Source: Octopus sinensis
Lineage: Eukaryota
Direction of reading: 5' to 3'
Assembly (NCBI RefSeq): GCF_006345805.1
Contig: NC_043002.1
Span: 59,706,001-59,770,000, forward strand
Length of the DNA: 64,000 nt
Under the pieces are notes generated by a model, which made no database searches, was not told the origin of the DNA, and saw nothing but the letters and a program-made list of their open reading frames with translations. Numbering within the stretch: the stretch's first letter is position 1; the number at the start of each line of letters is the position of its first letter. Positions 12,311-27,055 of the stretch are shown here, piece by piece. The position numbers and the translations under genes are program-made.

Positions 12311-15300
12311 GAAATATATATATATATATATATGTATGTATTCATATCAGTATTCAAGTCGGTCCCTAACAAATTGCAAGATTCCCTTGTTGAAATCAAG
12401 GTTACTCTTAGTACCTGTAGTTATCTGTATTGGTTGATGTAAGGGTGTATGTGTATATATTGGCTTCGTGCGCGAGTGTGTGTGTGTGTGTGTGTGTGTT
12501 TGTGTGTGTGAAATTCTACTCGCAGTGTGCATATCACGATAGAATACATCTGACTGCTTATTTCATTAGTGTCTATATTTCGCCGTTCATATTTATTCCA
12601 TATGTCTAGGATTCTGTGTGCACACGCCCACCCAATAACCTGAAATGGTTAATCCCTGAAATGCTTTAAAATTCTCACTGTTTCTTTGACCGATTGAATT
12701 TGGAGAATTGGAAACAGTTCACTCTATTCTTTTTCTGAAAACACAAGGATTTCTAGATTTCTATGCAAATCAGTTTTTACGTCACTAAGTTTATCTATGA
12801 TAAGAGGAAGAAATAAACTTTTATAACCTCAATATAAGAGTTGTAATTCCTCCATAGATTTTCTCTTTCGAAAATTTTCCAAGAGACACTCACTTTCGCG
12901 GAATAATTTATACTTGCAACGCTACCCAACTTTTGTTCTCTATGGTATATAACTATACACATAGCATGTTGTGCATATATGGGGCTGATTTTTTTTGTTG
13001 GAATGTTTTGAAGTATTCCTCATTTTTAAAAGTGTAAATAATTTCTGATTCTCATATGCCTATTGCTTGGTCGTGAGGAAATTCTTTCTTGCATATAGCA
13101 TCGTAGATGGTTAGAAGAGGCATTTCATATCCGTTGTAAAGATAGTTATACTACAGGTATTTGATCATCCCATAAATAATGCGGGTTTTTCATTTGCATG
13201 GATTAAAAGTCGGAGGAGGACGGGATAATCTACCTGCATCAACTTGCTATAAAATCAGGCAGAAAATTTACCTTGTCCTTATTCTTAGTACAAGTTTTGA
13301 AGAGTGTTGAATTTTTGTGTCCCCATAATTTAGTGGCTCGGGGAAAAGAGACAGTACTATGGTTGATTTGATCGATTTGTCCGACTTCAAGGCTGAGCTC
13401 CAGAATGGCATCACTCGAATGATTAAAACAAGCAAAAACGTAATAAGATCATATCTGCCGGGGAATTGCGGTGATTATGTAAGAAATAAAAGAAAATTAT
13501 AAAAGAAACTATTGTTATATTGACGCTACATAAAACTTCAGCGAGTGAAGTGTTTACAACTTTGCATGCGAAAGTTGAATCTCATTTATTAAAATTTTCT
13601 TTTGAACTGCAGTTAATTTAATTGTTATGCAAGTTACGAAATGATAAAACAGAGAAGATATTCCCTGAAGCCAATTCTTAATCTTCATAACATGTCTTCA
13701 TGTGTATCTGATATGTTGGTATTGTAATTGTAACAATGATGGAATTATACAATACTGTGTTGCAAATAGTTTTAATATTGTCACTCGATATTAAGATGGT
13801 GGATTTAGTAGCAGTAGAGACGTTAACAAAATGCCTTTCAGTTTGAAGGTTATTATATTTACGCATCAAGTTCAAATCGTGGTACGTTAATTTTTGAATT
13901 TTCAGTGGCGGAAAGTAACGACAGGACAAGTACAGTCATAGGAGGTAAATATTTCAATTATGCATCTATATATACTAAATTAATCCTTTATTTTATAGGC
14001 ACAAGACCTGGAATTTGAGGGAGTGGTAAGTGAGTAACATGGATGAAAAAAACAAAACTTATATACGGAATAACATTTAACACGTGTGTTTGAGAATCAG
14101 AAAATTCTGGAAAGTACATAAATAAAACACCTTTCATCAAGATTTTGTCAGCTTGTTTTTTCAAAGACTCTTATAGTAAAATAATCCATTTTTCGCCAGG
14201 CACAAGCCCTGAAATTTGAGAGAGAGTCTAGTCAATAACATGGATCTCAGGACTCAACTGCTACTTATTTTACCGACCTCGAAAGGGATAAAAAGCAAAT
14301 TCTTCGGAGGAATTTGAATTTAAAAAGTAAAGTCTGTCCAGCTTTCTAAGAATTTAGCCAGCTGCCATCTTAAAACATAACCGGTGAAGATGATATATAA
14401 ATTAAAATAATGATAATAAATCATATTGTAATGCAACAGCTGTCACTGAAAATAATTACGTTACTGTTTATATGAAAATAAAGGCACAAACTCTTTTCAC
14501 ATAACAAATGTTTTCATGTAACAGTTTTAAGGTATAAATAGTGTGTTTTCACAAGGTATGTTTTATACTTTTCGTACAAGAAAAAGTTCACGTATTAAAA
14601 AATGTTCGTTTAAAATATAATTAACTTAAATTTTAGTGTTTATTGTAGCAAAATTAGTTTTTGTCGGAGAATAATAATCAGATTTTACTCAGCGATTTCG
14701 CTGCGTTTCCGCTTAAGAAAGTTTAAAGTACGGTATTCCATTCGTATTTAGACCGCTTTCAAGTTGCTCCAATGCATTCTGCCCAAATGGCATCTGGCAC
14801 GTTGGGGTAGAGAGTTAACCCTTTGATAGACTTGCATCCTCAATGAAGGAGACATGTTATACTCGCAGCCAAAACGCCTTGAAAATAGAGATTAAGTGTG
14901 ACAACATTCGGTTATAGGCTCGAGCAAGACACATAATGTTTTCGCTACAACGCCAGAGTAATTCGGGCTCTGGTACGATGTTCTGGCAAACACATGAAAA
15001 TACTCGTTCTCCTGGTGAACTTGGTAATTTATTTTGCTCTAACTTTTTCTTTTACAAACTGAATTTAAATCATCCTGTATCTGAATCGATCTATCAGCAG
15101 TTCATATTTAAAGAGGCATCTTTAATAGTAATGCAATTAATGAAAAAAATATAAAGCTTGTGGTAGGATAAGATCGTCCAAATTTTGGAGGGTAGAAATC
15201 AACCGATCTTATATGATTTGCATGCAGTAAATCACATGTACAGTTTAGAGAAATAGATTTCCAAGTATCGAAAGAATCTCAAGTAATCAGCGCAATTGAG

Positions 15301-16689
15301 ATATCCAGGGAGTTTAGACGGACTGAGGCATATCTGTATTGTTACGCATGTAATTACAGATCAAATGAAGTGACATAGCTATAAAATTCTGACTTGTGTA
15401 TTTATTCGTAATACATTCCAGCATCTTCGAACATATTTCACTAATGAATCGAGTGTCTTATGAAAATACATTAGTCACGAAAAAAGTTGTTCTCCCGTGA
15501 AGAATCACAGCAGGGAATCAGCCGGAATATAAGACGAAATATACAAGCCACCGTTTCGATTCTTATCAACCACAAAATAAAATTAAAAATTCATGTTTGA
15601 AACGTTTTGGTGTAGGTTTAATAGAACGCTCATCAGAAATTATGGTATAACAGAGAACGTAGGATTTTCAGAATTACTGGAAGAGCGGAAAGTCTTGTTT
15701 CAAATCCCATTTTTTCGTTTCTTCATTCTAATGTATGTAAGAAAATCTATATACTGGACTCTACGTTGCTGTTTTTGGCATCGACCTTCTATTAGATATC
15801 GAAGTTATGATCGTAGACTCTTTTAACAAAATACTTTCTTTTTTTAATATCGAGTGCAAATGGAAAATTATAGGAGGCGATGCTTGAATTAAGAAAAAAG
15901 CTGAGAAAAAAATAAATGGATGCAAAATCACCTACAAAAATTTCCTAGTTTAAAAAGAAATTGAAGTGCGCGCGCACATACATACACACATACATGCACA
16001 CACACACACACACACTTGTACAGACACACAAATATGCACATGCGTACAAAAGAAGAAAACTCATTAAACATTTTTTTCTTTTCAAAAGACTGAACAACAT
16101 AATACAAATTCTTTTGCTGACATTTTCCAAAATTTTCCTCTTCGTTTCATCATGCTTTCAGAAACATGAAAACACGCAGATGGATGAGTTACTCTCAAAC
16201 ATGATTCCGATTTTTAAAATTCCAATTTTTATGCGTTACGACAAAAAAATGTGTTTGATAGTACCCTCAACTATAAATATATGAATAAAAAAGAAAGCAG
16301 GAAAAAATGATCAAAAAACAAAGTAAATATTCTTTTCTTGCTATTAATTAACATTTCATTACCATTGCAGGTTTTTGCAGGCTTCTGATAAATCATATTC
16401 TATACATTACAGAAATATTGTTGAAAAACTTGTGAAGTTTGTATCTGTCGCGTGTTTTCGCCGTTTCATGAGAACATTGACCGTGGTCTCGATGTAGCAA
16501 CATTTTAGCGAAATAAAAGCTTGGGTGTTCAAATCCTGTTGTCGGTCACTTACATCTGTGTCGACATCTGGTTTAGTCACAAATGAGAAATTGTAATACG
16601 CAATGATGTATTTTAATATCTTAGATCTGGTGAGTGAGGCGTAGGATCGGTAGATCGGGGTCGGGGTGGGGGAGCTGCTTTCAATATTA

Positions 16690-16850
16690 CCCAGTGTCGA
16701 GTTAAGGGTCCGTGGTCTAGTTTATGGGGGTGTGAAACTCACAATCGCATGATCATGGGTTCGATTTCCAGACTTGGGTGCATTGTGTTCTGGAATAAAA
16801 CACTTCATTTCACGTTAGCCCAGTCCACTACGATGTAAATTAACCACTAT
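16690..16850 (+). mobile_element. Degenerate tRNA-headed SINE
   Basis: cgtggtctag (A-box-like) ... gggttcgatttcc (B box), followed by a body resembling the 52.7 kb SINE. Confidence 0.5.
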
Positions 16851-17421
16851 ACAACGGACGGATAGTGTCCAGACCGGCTGGGGTGTATTTTGATCTTGGT
16901 CAATTATACACCATGCAAACTTATGAGTCCTAAGATTGAAAGGGCAACGTCTAGGGACTTATGATGATGATGACAAGATCGGACTAACACTAGGGAGCCA
17001 CTGTTTGTTTAATCTGCAACAATTACAGCGAAATTACATTCCAATCACACCCCAGTGTCTTACAAAGGAAGGAAAACATTGAATCGTGTAGACTGGATAC
17101 TCCATCGAGAAGGAAGGAAATCTGGACAACAAAACATAGTTGATGATGCTCATGCTTCATACTAAAGCTGATGGGTAAGTGTTGTTCTCCGATTAAACAA
17201 AGAGAACAACTTTGAACCTAGTGTTTATGGTTAAATTCAATATCTATATTCATTTAAACAATACAATAATTTGTTCAACATAATAAATTAAACAAACAAT
17301 TATTGACCATGAAGGTATTTTTATTTCAATGATAGACCCTAGTGGTTAAGAGCGCTGGCTATTAATCCATAGATTTCGAGTTCAATTCCAGGCAGTGACT
17401 CGAATAATAAATATAATAAAA

Positions 17422-17423
<2 letters not shown>

Positions 17424-17463
<40 letters not shown>

Positions 17464-17625
17464 TAATAATAATAATAACATCGAAAAATACCTTAGGAAT
17501 GAGAACCCTGGGTGGAAATTTCCCCAAGCCACCTGATGAAGGCTGGAGTGTATATCAGCCAAAACGTTGTGTTAACAATAGACAAGATGAGGACAAATAT
17601 CGTCAAATATAAATAATGTAAATAT
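17424..17625 (+). mobile_element. (TAA)n tract plus short PLE-type repeat with a mutated minimal hammerhead
   Basis: gccac CTGATGA a ggctg-gagtgtatat-cagcc AAAA cg tt gtgtt at 17528-17573; homologous to 26756-26865. Confidence 0.75.
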
Positions 17626-17717
17626 TGAAGATAGGCCTATTATTGCTAAAAACCAGTGGTAACAACCCAGGTGACATGTATAAATCTATGTAGTAGATTC
17701 TGCTGTAAATAATTTGA

Positions 17718-17856
17718 AGGCGGCGAAATGGCGGACTCGTTAGCGAATCGATAGAATGAATACTTGGTGGCATGTCTTTCGGCTCTTTTACCTTCTGAGT
17801 GCAAATCCACCGATTTTTGGACCAATAAAATAAATACCAGTTAAACACTGCGATCG
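17718..17856 (+). mobile_element. Degenerate SINE (12105 family)
   Basis: ggcggcgaaatggcggactcgttagc...ttctgagtgcaaatcc...taaataccagtt. Confidence 0.7.
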
Positions 17857-18764
17857 TTAAAATCTAATAACTCTTATCTAACTTAAAGATTACTAGCCTT
17901 GTGTGATAATTGGATAACAAATTTATATGCTTGTGGTTGATCATCAAATTTGGTGATGACCAACTCTTCATCCGTTGCAAAGCCACTGGTAACCGTATAT
18001 GGGCTAGCTTTTAATTTTGTATCATCTGATGACAGAAATAATTGTGTGAAGCAACGGATTATGCAGTTACTGTCTGTTACACACTGCCAAGCAACTGAGG
18101 AAGTTGGGATATTTCAACGATACAACCCACAAATTTACCGACGACACAAATACAATGCCCACCCCATGCGTCTAAGGTTCATAAATCACTTTTCAAGAGA
18201 AGTAACAATCGCAGTAGGGTTAGTAAAGTATATTCCGCACTACAACCGTCTTCGTTTTTCACATTTGAATCTTAGCAGCAAATATTTCACTTTAAACTCT
18301 TACTTCTTTCAGTTGCCAGACTCTTACTGAAGTTATTCTGTCGGAGACTGTCTTAGAAATGGTGGCTGATACAACATACTTTTTTTTCAAGGAATTTTGC
18401 TTTTCCAGATTAACGTATGGGGTAGCCGTATTTGTTTTAGAAGGTTTACCCTCAATACGGACAGTGCTCCATATTTATCCTTGCTTATGATACATAATCT
18501 AAGAAGAACCAGATATCCATCCCATTCAAAGTGGTCGAACTGCCAGCTTGTATAGAATACTTTTGAGAGTCCTCCTCGCTATTCTTCAATTCCTCTGCCA
18601 TATGAAAAGTTTACTTTCCTTCTGGTTTGGTTTTTAGTACACCTCCTGACTGGAAAAGCTTGACGGAATTAACAGGCTATCTGTAGCAATCAAAGGGACG
18701 TAACTCAATCTATTATAATTATATTTACCAACGCTTGAACAGACGACTTCTTACAAATATTAGT

Positions 18765-18780
18765 GTTTATCTATCTATCA

Positions 18781-18872
<92 letters not shown>

Positions 18873-18899
18873 GTCTCTCTGTCTGTCTAACTGTCTAAC

Positions 18900-18930
<31 letters not shown>

Positions 18931-18965
18931 GTGTCTGTCTATCTGCCTGTCTGTCTGTCTGTATG
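18765..18965. repeat. (TCTA)n/(TCTG)n microsatellite
   Basis: Visible directly. Confidence 0.95.
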
Positions 18966-19997
18966 TATGTATTATACACACATATTTAAGAAAGGTTTTA
19001 GATAAAGGTCTTAGTGGTATATCATTTGACAAGAGATATTCTTTAATTGAAAATAATGAATTGCAAAAAAAAAACATAATATTTTAAAATGCAGAGTAAC
19101 AGAATGGCAAATAACATTCTCGTTTCTATGAAATCCACCATATATTTGAAAGAAAGGGAAAGAAACATTCTTTTCATGATATTTTTCTAACTAATTAAAA
19201 TAAAGCTGTTAGGAAATCTCCCTCTGCAACGGCTCGGGCATAAAACAATGCTCGTATACGGATTAACATTTAATACGTGGGTCTGAGGAGCAAAAAATTA
19301 TGGGAAGCGCATAAATAAAAATATATTTCTCAAGATTTTGTTAGCGTGCCTTTTTAAAGATACTTTTAATAATATAGTTTATGAAAATCCATTTTGCTTC
19401 ATGAATGTGTGTATATATATATATTGGTTGGACATATGTAGCAAAAATATATTAAAGAAGTGGAAGAGAAATGCCTTCGTTTCACATAGTTTAATATCTT
19501 TTTATAAATATATACATATTATACGGATGTCGTGAAATCCAACCGGTTTTCGCTATTTAAATTATCTTTTCAGGGGATATTGTACAGTAAGCAGTTCCCG
19601 TGACAAAGGGCTTTCGTCATTTTGGACGTTTGAAATAGTAGAAAAGAGTCTAGAGAATGAAACAAGAGAAGTAACAAGTGGCAGCAGGGACAACTGGCTC
19701 CTTAGTATAATTTTGTTTTTTAATGGTCAAATTTGTATATTGAGGTGTGGTCTGCACCTTGTTTAGACGTCCTTGTATTGAGGTTGAATCTTTGCAATGG
19801 TATAATGGCAAGAAAGGAAACTTCGGCGTTTTATTACTTGCGCATCTGTCGATATGATTGTTCAGTGCTATCTGCCTGTATTGAGGGAAACGAATCTGTT
19901 CTTTATGCAGCGTGACTCTGCATCTCAAAGTAAGGGTCTTTTGGGCCACATAATTGTAACCACAACCTGAGTAGGTTAGGACATAGATAAGTTGCTG

Positions 19998-20146
<149 letters not shown>

Positions 20147-20451
20147 CACGTCATTATACGCGTATTGATATTCTGTTATAGATTCGTATATAAGAAAATG
20201 AAATACCTCTTGCAAAAAAAAACTGACTTTGACGTCCAAAAGATAGCGTCGTCACTCTTGCCAAGCGTTGGTAGTATCTTAGTGTAGTATAAACCATAAC
20301 AGCTTCGTGTATTTCTTACCACATATTTTAGAAAGGAATGCAGATACACAAATATGCACGAACACATGTATACAAACATGTGTGCATCCATCTATCTGTC
20401 TATGTATCTATCAATCTATCTCTATATAAAACCAAAATATAATATAATATA

Positions 20452-20482
<31 letters not shown>

Positions 20483-22399
20483 CATATATATGTTTACATC
20501 TACATACATATATATAATATATATTTGTATTATATATACATATATACAATATATATATTCATATTATATATGTTTATTGTATATTTACACATATATTTCT
20601 ACTATATATAAGTATATATAATATATATTATAATATATACATGTAATACATAAATATTATATATTATACTGTATATATATGTTGTAGTTATATATTATAT
20701 ATACAAACACACATACACAGACTCATATATTGTAAATAAAAATAGAAGATTGGATGGACTTTAGGAAAAAAGTAAGAATGTTGCGTTAAATCTAAACAAA
20801 TATAACTAACATGGACGCATTGGTGTGTTTTTGGTTCTTGTTTTTCATATTTATCATAGATACATAATTCATTTTATAAAAGCATTTTAGCAACATTTCC
20901 TCACAATTTGCTTTTTAGGACCTCTTTTCCTAACATTACTTCTAAAATGACTGATATGTTTTTTTTTTTTTTTATTTGGTTTTTATTATTGTTGTAAGGC
21001 TGACAGACCACGCAACAGTTTTATTTCTAGTAACTTTTTTTCTAACTAAATGGAAGAAGCAAAAAAATATACAATATATACCTAACTCTAATGTAAAAGA
21101 AGCCAAGTCCATGTGCTGGCAAGAAAGTTTGGAACTATACACTGTCTTACAAATACATTTATATTTGCACTAAATATTTTTAGGCATAAAATTATATAGG
21201 ATAAAGATAAAAGTCAATATATGTGGACGCATATGTAGTCAAGCTTGGCATGTTATTAAGGAGTTCGATTTGCGTTCATGAGGTGCTAAGGTTGATCAAA
21301 GTGTATAGATTCAGTGTGAAGAATTACGTTCTGTTTCATTCACTCCATACAAAGAGCGATCGAAGCTGTGTGTATTAAACATGGTTACGGTGAGCACGTG
21401 GAGGTCAACAGAATGTACAGTACGTATAATAGAGAAGGCCCACTTTGTTACACATTGGGTGACACAGATTCTTCATAGGAATAGATTGTAGAGAAGAAGG
21501 TACCGTGGAATACTCAAACACTTCGATTATAATGTAATGAGTTTGTAGTTCCGTAACCGAACAGTTGGTTTACTTGGTAGGAAAAGCGACAGACGTTCAA
21601 TTTACATCTATGTCAAGGCAAGCAATTGACTTAAATTTCTTGCTGGGTGACATCGTGACATACTGGATTTTAGAAAATCCTTCTCTAGTATTTTTCTACT
21701 ATCGATTTCTTCCAGAATAGCGAACGGTAGAGAAAGGCAAGAATCGACCAAGTACAGAACTGGTATTTATTTATCGACATCGAAAGGATGAATGCTAAAG
21801 TTGACTTTCGTGGGATCTGGACCCACATACGTCATATACATTGTTTAACACGAACCCACTGATAACCTACAGCCCGTAGCTTTTGGTTTCCATATTACTC
21901 TCAGTATTGGAATTGTCTCCAGTCTCCTGAACTAACAATGTATGCCCCACGCTGACCCCTCTCAGTTGTAGCCATGCTAAATTATTTCAAACTAAATTAA
22001 AATGAACTCCATTATATTCCACAATAGCATAAAAGATACATTTTATAAGATATTTAATAAAGTGGAATCATGTGTTCCTTTAGCATAATTTATTTCAAAA
22101 TATTTCTACAAACCAACTTTACCGATTGTGTCTGACAAACAAGATTAACAGCAACTTCCGCCGTCCTAATTCGAAAGAAACAGTCTCACTTTGTCAACAT
22201 CGAAACAATTCTACTAAAATATATTTTGCTAATTGACCCTTCCCTCTCAGAATTTCACAGAATTTTACAGTTGTCCATACATAATCTACACGAGAAAGTG
22301 CTGACCTTCTTGTCTTGCCTATTCTCATTCTTTTTGCACAGAGTTGAGGGACGATGGACTGAAGCACCATCTCTTTCCATTGATTCATTCCTGTCACCG

Positions 22400-23500
22400 T
22401 AGTTATGCATTCAACCAAGCATTCTCTGTCCGACCATTCTTTGATGCTATATGACCACTACCTTTTTGACCACACGCCTCTTCCATTCCCATTTACTCGT
22501 CCCTCTAAGATGTGGGTGCTGAGGTTGTGGGCCCTGAGGACATGCCCAAATCACTGCAGTTTTATATCCCTGGCATTGGCTAAAAATTCCCTTTCTGCCC
22601 CCACTTCCTCACTTACTAATTCATTTTTTCAATGACCAGTCCATTGAGCGTTGTTTCAGAATATTTAAGCTGGGCAATTTTGTTTCCTCTTGGTGTCCAG
22701 TTGTCACATCCGCACCGTACAAGCCAAATTAGTACACCAAATTACTGAACTGTAATTTGTTGTCTTTGTTAAGAGCTCTGTATTTTCAGATTGTATTGAT
22801 TTCGCTGCCCAACGTCTGCGATCTCGGTCTCCTGGTTGTTCTTTGATAACACCCAGATAGCTGAATTTGGAGACGTTTTCTAAGGTAACTCTTTAGTATA
22901 TGATATTGAGTTACTCGGGTGTTTTTGTCGTTGCCATGACGTTTGACTTCCTTGTATTGACGTCCAGTTGGTCTCCACTCAATGTGCTTCTTTTACTCTG
23001 TACAGTAATATTTTCCCAAGGGTTGATGACTGGTGAATTCGTTACCTCTTGAGGGTTTATGTATACTTTACAGAACATCGGATTGGTTATTTTTAATAGT
23101 TCTGCAATTAGATTATCAATTCCAATAGTACTGTTTTGTTTTTTTCTTTTTGAAAGTTTTCTAATATGAACTCGTATAATTTTGCTATGAAGACCAATAG
23201 CTCATCGCAATAAGCTTCTTCCGATTTCGAGGAGGCATAGTCTTGATATAAACTTCCTTCGTATTATTTCTATCATTTGAGAATATTTCGTAGCTCAACT
23301 AGCACTTTAGCCTCTGATTCTTTGATGTTTCCCTGCTTTGGTTGGAATCCTTTCTTTGAGGGCTTCGACAAAGTTGTATGCCTTTCTTGTATCATTATGG
23401 TTTAATTGGTTTTGAAAATCATCAGCTTTATCTTCAAAATATCTGTGTTTGTCTCTTCTCATCTTTCTCTCTACTGTTCTTTGATCTCTTGTTATCAACC
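22400..23500 (-). pseudogene. RTE-clade LINE ORF2 remnant
   Basis: Minus-strand fragments LENVSKFSYLG, FGHVLRAHNLSTHILEGRVNG...W.YSIKEWS (RTE C-terminal signature), and the helical linker ORF 23307-23498. Confidence 0.75.
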
Positions 23501-24899
23501 TCTCTACCCTCTACGTCAAATCGTTTCGATTTGAAAATTTACGACAGTCAAATACACTACAATTAAGCTATTTATCATTCAATAAACCTTAGATATGTGT
23601 ATGTGGGTATGTGTGTGTGTTCAATTATGTGCGTGTACGCGAGGGTGTGTGTGAATGTGTGTGTATGTGTACCTATGACTGTCAAAACAATGATTATAAT
23701 AGTCAATCATTTCTACATATAAAGCTATTCCAATACCACCATTACATTTCTCAAACATTTTTGGCACTGGAATTTCTGATAGACGTTTAACGGAAAGAAC
23801 ACTTAACATAATTAATGAGAAAACATTAAATTCAAATGAATTATTTTTATTATTTTATCATCGAACCAAAGTTACTACTTTAACCTGCAGCTATGAAACA
23901 TGTGTTAAACATATCATTACGACAAGATTTAGAGTATAGCTGAAATTCCTGAGTAACGCACCCACAAGAAACACGTTTGCGTCGTATTTTGAATAAGACA
24001 TTCTATTTAATCATTATTCAACACTTATCATGCAATAATTTTGCTTTATACTCTTACCTTATTTCCATACCTCTTACCATTATCGAAATCATGTTATTGA
24101 TTTCCGATCGCTACAACGATTTTTTTTTCCATTTCGAAATTATCGACCTCTTGTTACATGTAAAATCACCCCACGTAACAATACTTTGTAGAGTATTATT
24201 TTTACCTCTTTAAGATTGAGTATTAAATATTCTAGCCTATAATTCATTCTTAATAACATTATTCTCAAATTACCTTGCATCTCACGTATTGGTTTTAAAT
24301 AATTAAGCACACCTGTAAAATTTGTGCATTTGTGTAGTTACACTGAAATAACTGAGATGTTTATGACCACTAATATGATTAGCTGCATAATGAATATTTA
24401 ACTTAATCTACCTTATGGTTTGGGGATAAGATAATTCAAACCAGTACAGATTCTATGCACTTTTACTCATGTGCAGAAAAATAAGTAGTGAAAAAGTATG
24501 TTAGCATATTTATATTAAAAACCGTATTAAGGAGTGGTACACAAACCCACTCTACCAAAATATTTTACATTGAGATTTCTCGTAAGTTCAACTATGTTCT
24601 TACTGAGCTGGGTGCGACTGGTTTAGTGTTTGCAGCTGACGAAGTGGAAGGACGCAGAAATGCATGCGAAGTACGATCTAATAGCCTCATTCACAGCCTA
24701 AAACAATACGTGTATTTACATAGGTATAAGTGGAGAATACTTTTGCTACATTACAATCCAATGTGTCAAAATTACTTTTTTATTGCCCCCATTTTTGCAA
24801 TTACGTCTTTGTACATCTTTTACGGCTTTTTTTCACCTACGCTTGTATCCCAAGGTACGGCAATATTTAGGAACTTTTTTTTTCCTTTATCTACAGCAA

Positions 24900-25315
24900 C
24901 AGTGTCTGGTCTTTGAGCATTGATTAGGGAATCACACTTGAATGTGAAATCCCACAAGATCTTCTATTCACTGTTCTCAGTGACACACTCTGGTTCATGT
25001 TCGTACCATTTCCGTACTGTGCCCAAACTCTACTTCTCACACAATCTCCACTGAACAAACTTAGCCACGTTAACGTGCCTCCATTTGTCGGGTTTGGGCC
25101 AGTTTCCTACACGCACAACATGTGAAATCATTTCGATTTCGCTGCCGTACATCCTACAAAGAGGCGATTCACTGTTCATATCTATTTGGTACTTGGTGTA
25201 ATTAGTTCTCAGACTTTCTTCCTGTTTATCACTACCCCAGTAATCCTTTCGGATAACTTTCTCTAAACCACCATTAGGAGTTGATCTTGCCCTTTCCCTT
25301 TAAATTAATTATGTA
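24900..25315 (-). pseudogene. RLE-type (R4/NeSL-like) LINE fragment: CCHC knuckle to endonuclease
   Basis: SLRTNYTKYQIDMNSESPLCRM...ISHVV..CRKLAQ...RHVNVAKFVQWRLCEK...WYEHEPECVTEN..KILWDF. Confidence 0.85.
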
Positions 25316-25544
25316 TTTGAATTAGTTATATAACATATGCTCTTTTATGTCAATGAAACAGCAGTGGAGATAATTATTCTATCAACTAGAGTGTGAAATT
25401 TATGCGTCATTGTGTCATATTTGGATTACAACATACTAATTCAGATTTAAGCATACAGAGTTAAACATATCACAAGAAAAACTCAGTTCAGATGGCCACT
25501 CACATAAATACATGCAATGCGAGCTACCTACATAACATGTATAA

Positions 25545-25635
<91 letters not shown>

Positions 25636-25994
25636 CATACACACACACACAGACACACAGATGTATATACATACATATATATATTTATATATATTCAAAA
25701 TTCGAGTAAGTTATCAGTATTTTAAAAAAATAATGATTAAGTGGCTAGCAAACGACCGAATAGGCAAATTATGCTAAATATATATTAAACGTCAGGGTAA
25801 AATATGGACCTGTTTGCTAATATGGAGAGTTAAAACCCTCCAAAGCCACGCGTCTCTCACTATATGTAAACAGGCACTAAGAATGTAGCAAATATACCAC
25901 GAAAGGAGTTAGTCGTTCCCATTTGTAAAACTAGAAATAGGAAAGTAGATATCCCAATATCAATTGATTTCGCTTTCTGTGTCAAAGACACTTA

Positions 25995-26037
<43 letters not shown>

Positions 26038-26059
26038 TGTGTGTGTGTGTGTGTTGGTG

Positions 26060-26290
26060 TGTGTGTGTGTGTGTGCTTGAGTCTGTGTTTGCGTCTATGT
26101 TTGTCCTAGGCTAACGCTTGAGAACTGGTGTTGGCGCGTCTACTTCCCTGTAACTTAACCGCTCGGCCAGAAAAATAGAAAAAACCGATACAGTGCCCGA
26201 AATATAAGTACCAAGGTTGATACGTTGGACTAGAGTAATTCTTGAAGGCGGTGCCCAAGCATGGCCGCAGTCTGATAATTCAAACAAGAA
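26060..26290 (+). mobile_element. SINE 3' half (26355 family)
   Basis: cgcttgagaactggtgttgg...aaggcggtgcccaagcatggccgcagtc...aaacaagaaaaaga. Confidence 0.75.
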
Positions 26291-26354
26291 AAAGATAAAA
26301 GGTAAAAAGATTAGTAACATTACATATACGTGATGTGTTCCAAAATTTAACAAC

Positions 26355-26497
26355 AGGCGCAGGAGTGGCTGTGTGGTAAATAGCTTCCTTACCAACCACA
26401 TGGTCAAGTGTCTTCAAATATAGCCTCGGGCCGACCAAAGCCTTGTGAGTGGAGTTGGTAGACAGAAACTGAAAGAAGCCCCTCGTATGTATATATC

Positions 26498-26557
<60 letters not shown>

Positions 26558-26732
26558 TCCCCTCAACAACGCTTGACAACCGATGCTGGTATGTTTACGT
26601 CCCAGTAACTTAGCGATTCGGCAAAAGAGACCTATAGAATAAGTTCTAGGGTCGATTTGCTCGACAAAAGGCGGTGCTCCAGCATGGCCGCAGTCAAATG
26701 ACTGAAACAAGTAAAAGAGTAAATGAGTAAAA
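26355..26732 (+). mobile_element. tRNA-derived SINE with internal (TG)n
   Basis: ggcgcaggagtggctgtgtggtaa...gcatggccgcagtcaaatgactgaaacaagtaaaagagt; reverse complement of the 61484-61895 copy with an internal deletion. Confidence 0.9.
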
Positions 26733-26755
26733 GTGTAACAAGACCAATATCCATT

Positions 26756-26950
26756 ATTTACATTATTTACATTTGACAGATATTTGTCCTCATCTTGTTT
26801 GTTGCTAACACAACATTTCGGCGGATATACCCTCCAGCCTTCATCAGGTGTCTTGGGGGAAATTTATCAAGATGAGGACAAATATCCGTCAAATGTAAAT
26901 GATGTGAATAATATACATAATTCCTCATCTCTTAAATACAGAACTGTAAA
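26756..26950 (-). mobile_element. PLE-type repeat with minimal hammerhead (26807-26852, minus) and an adjacent inverted partial copy
   Basis: Minus strand: gacac CTGATGA a ggctg-gagggtatat-ccgcc GAAA tg tt gtgtt. 26761-26797 is inverted at 26868-26904. Confidence 0.8.
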
Positions 26951-27055
26951 ACCAATATATTAGCAAAGACGCAAAACTACGCCAAAGCAAACGTAGAAAA
27001 CGTGTTCATTTACAACTATTCATAAAATATTAACTTACGAAAAAACCCAAGGAAC

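Noticed and set aside
15595-15650. Minus-strand CTGATGA...acacc-AAAACGTT
   Set aside because: Core G12 missing and stems I/II do not pair convincingly.
17950-18330. 126-aa ORF
   Set aside because: No recognisable motif or splice context; cannot be distinguished from chance.
24630-24685. CTGACGA...GAAA-tgca-TG hammerhead-like string
   Set aside because: G at H17, no stem I pairing and a poor stem II.
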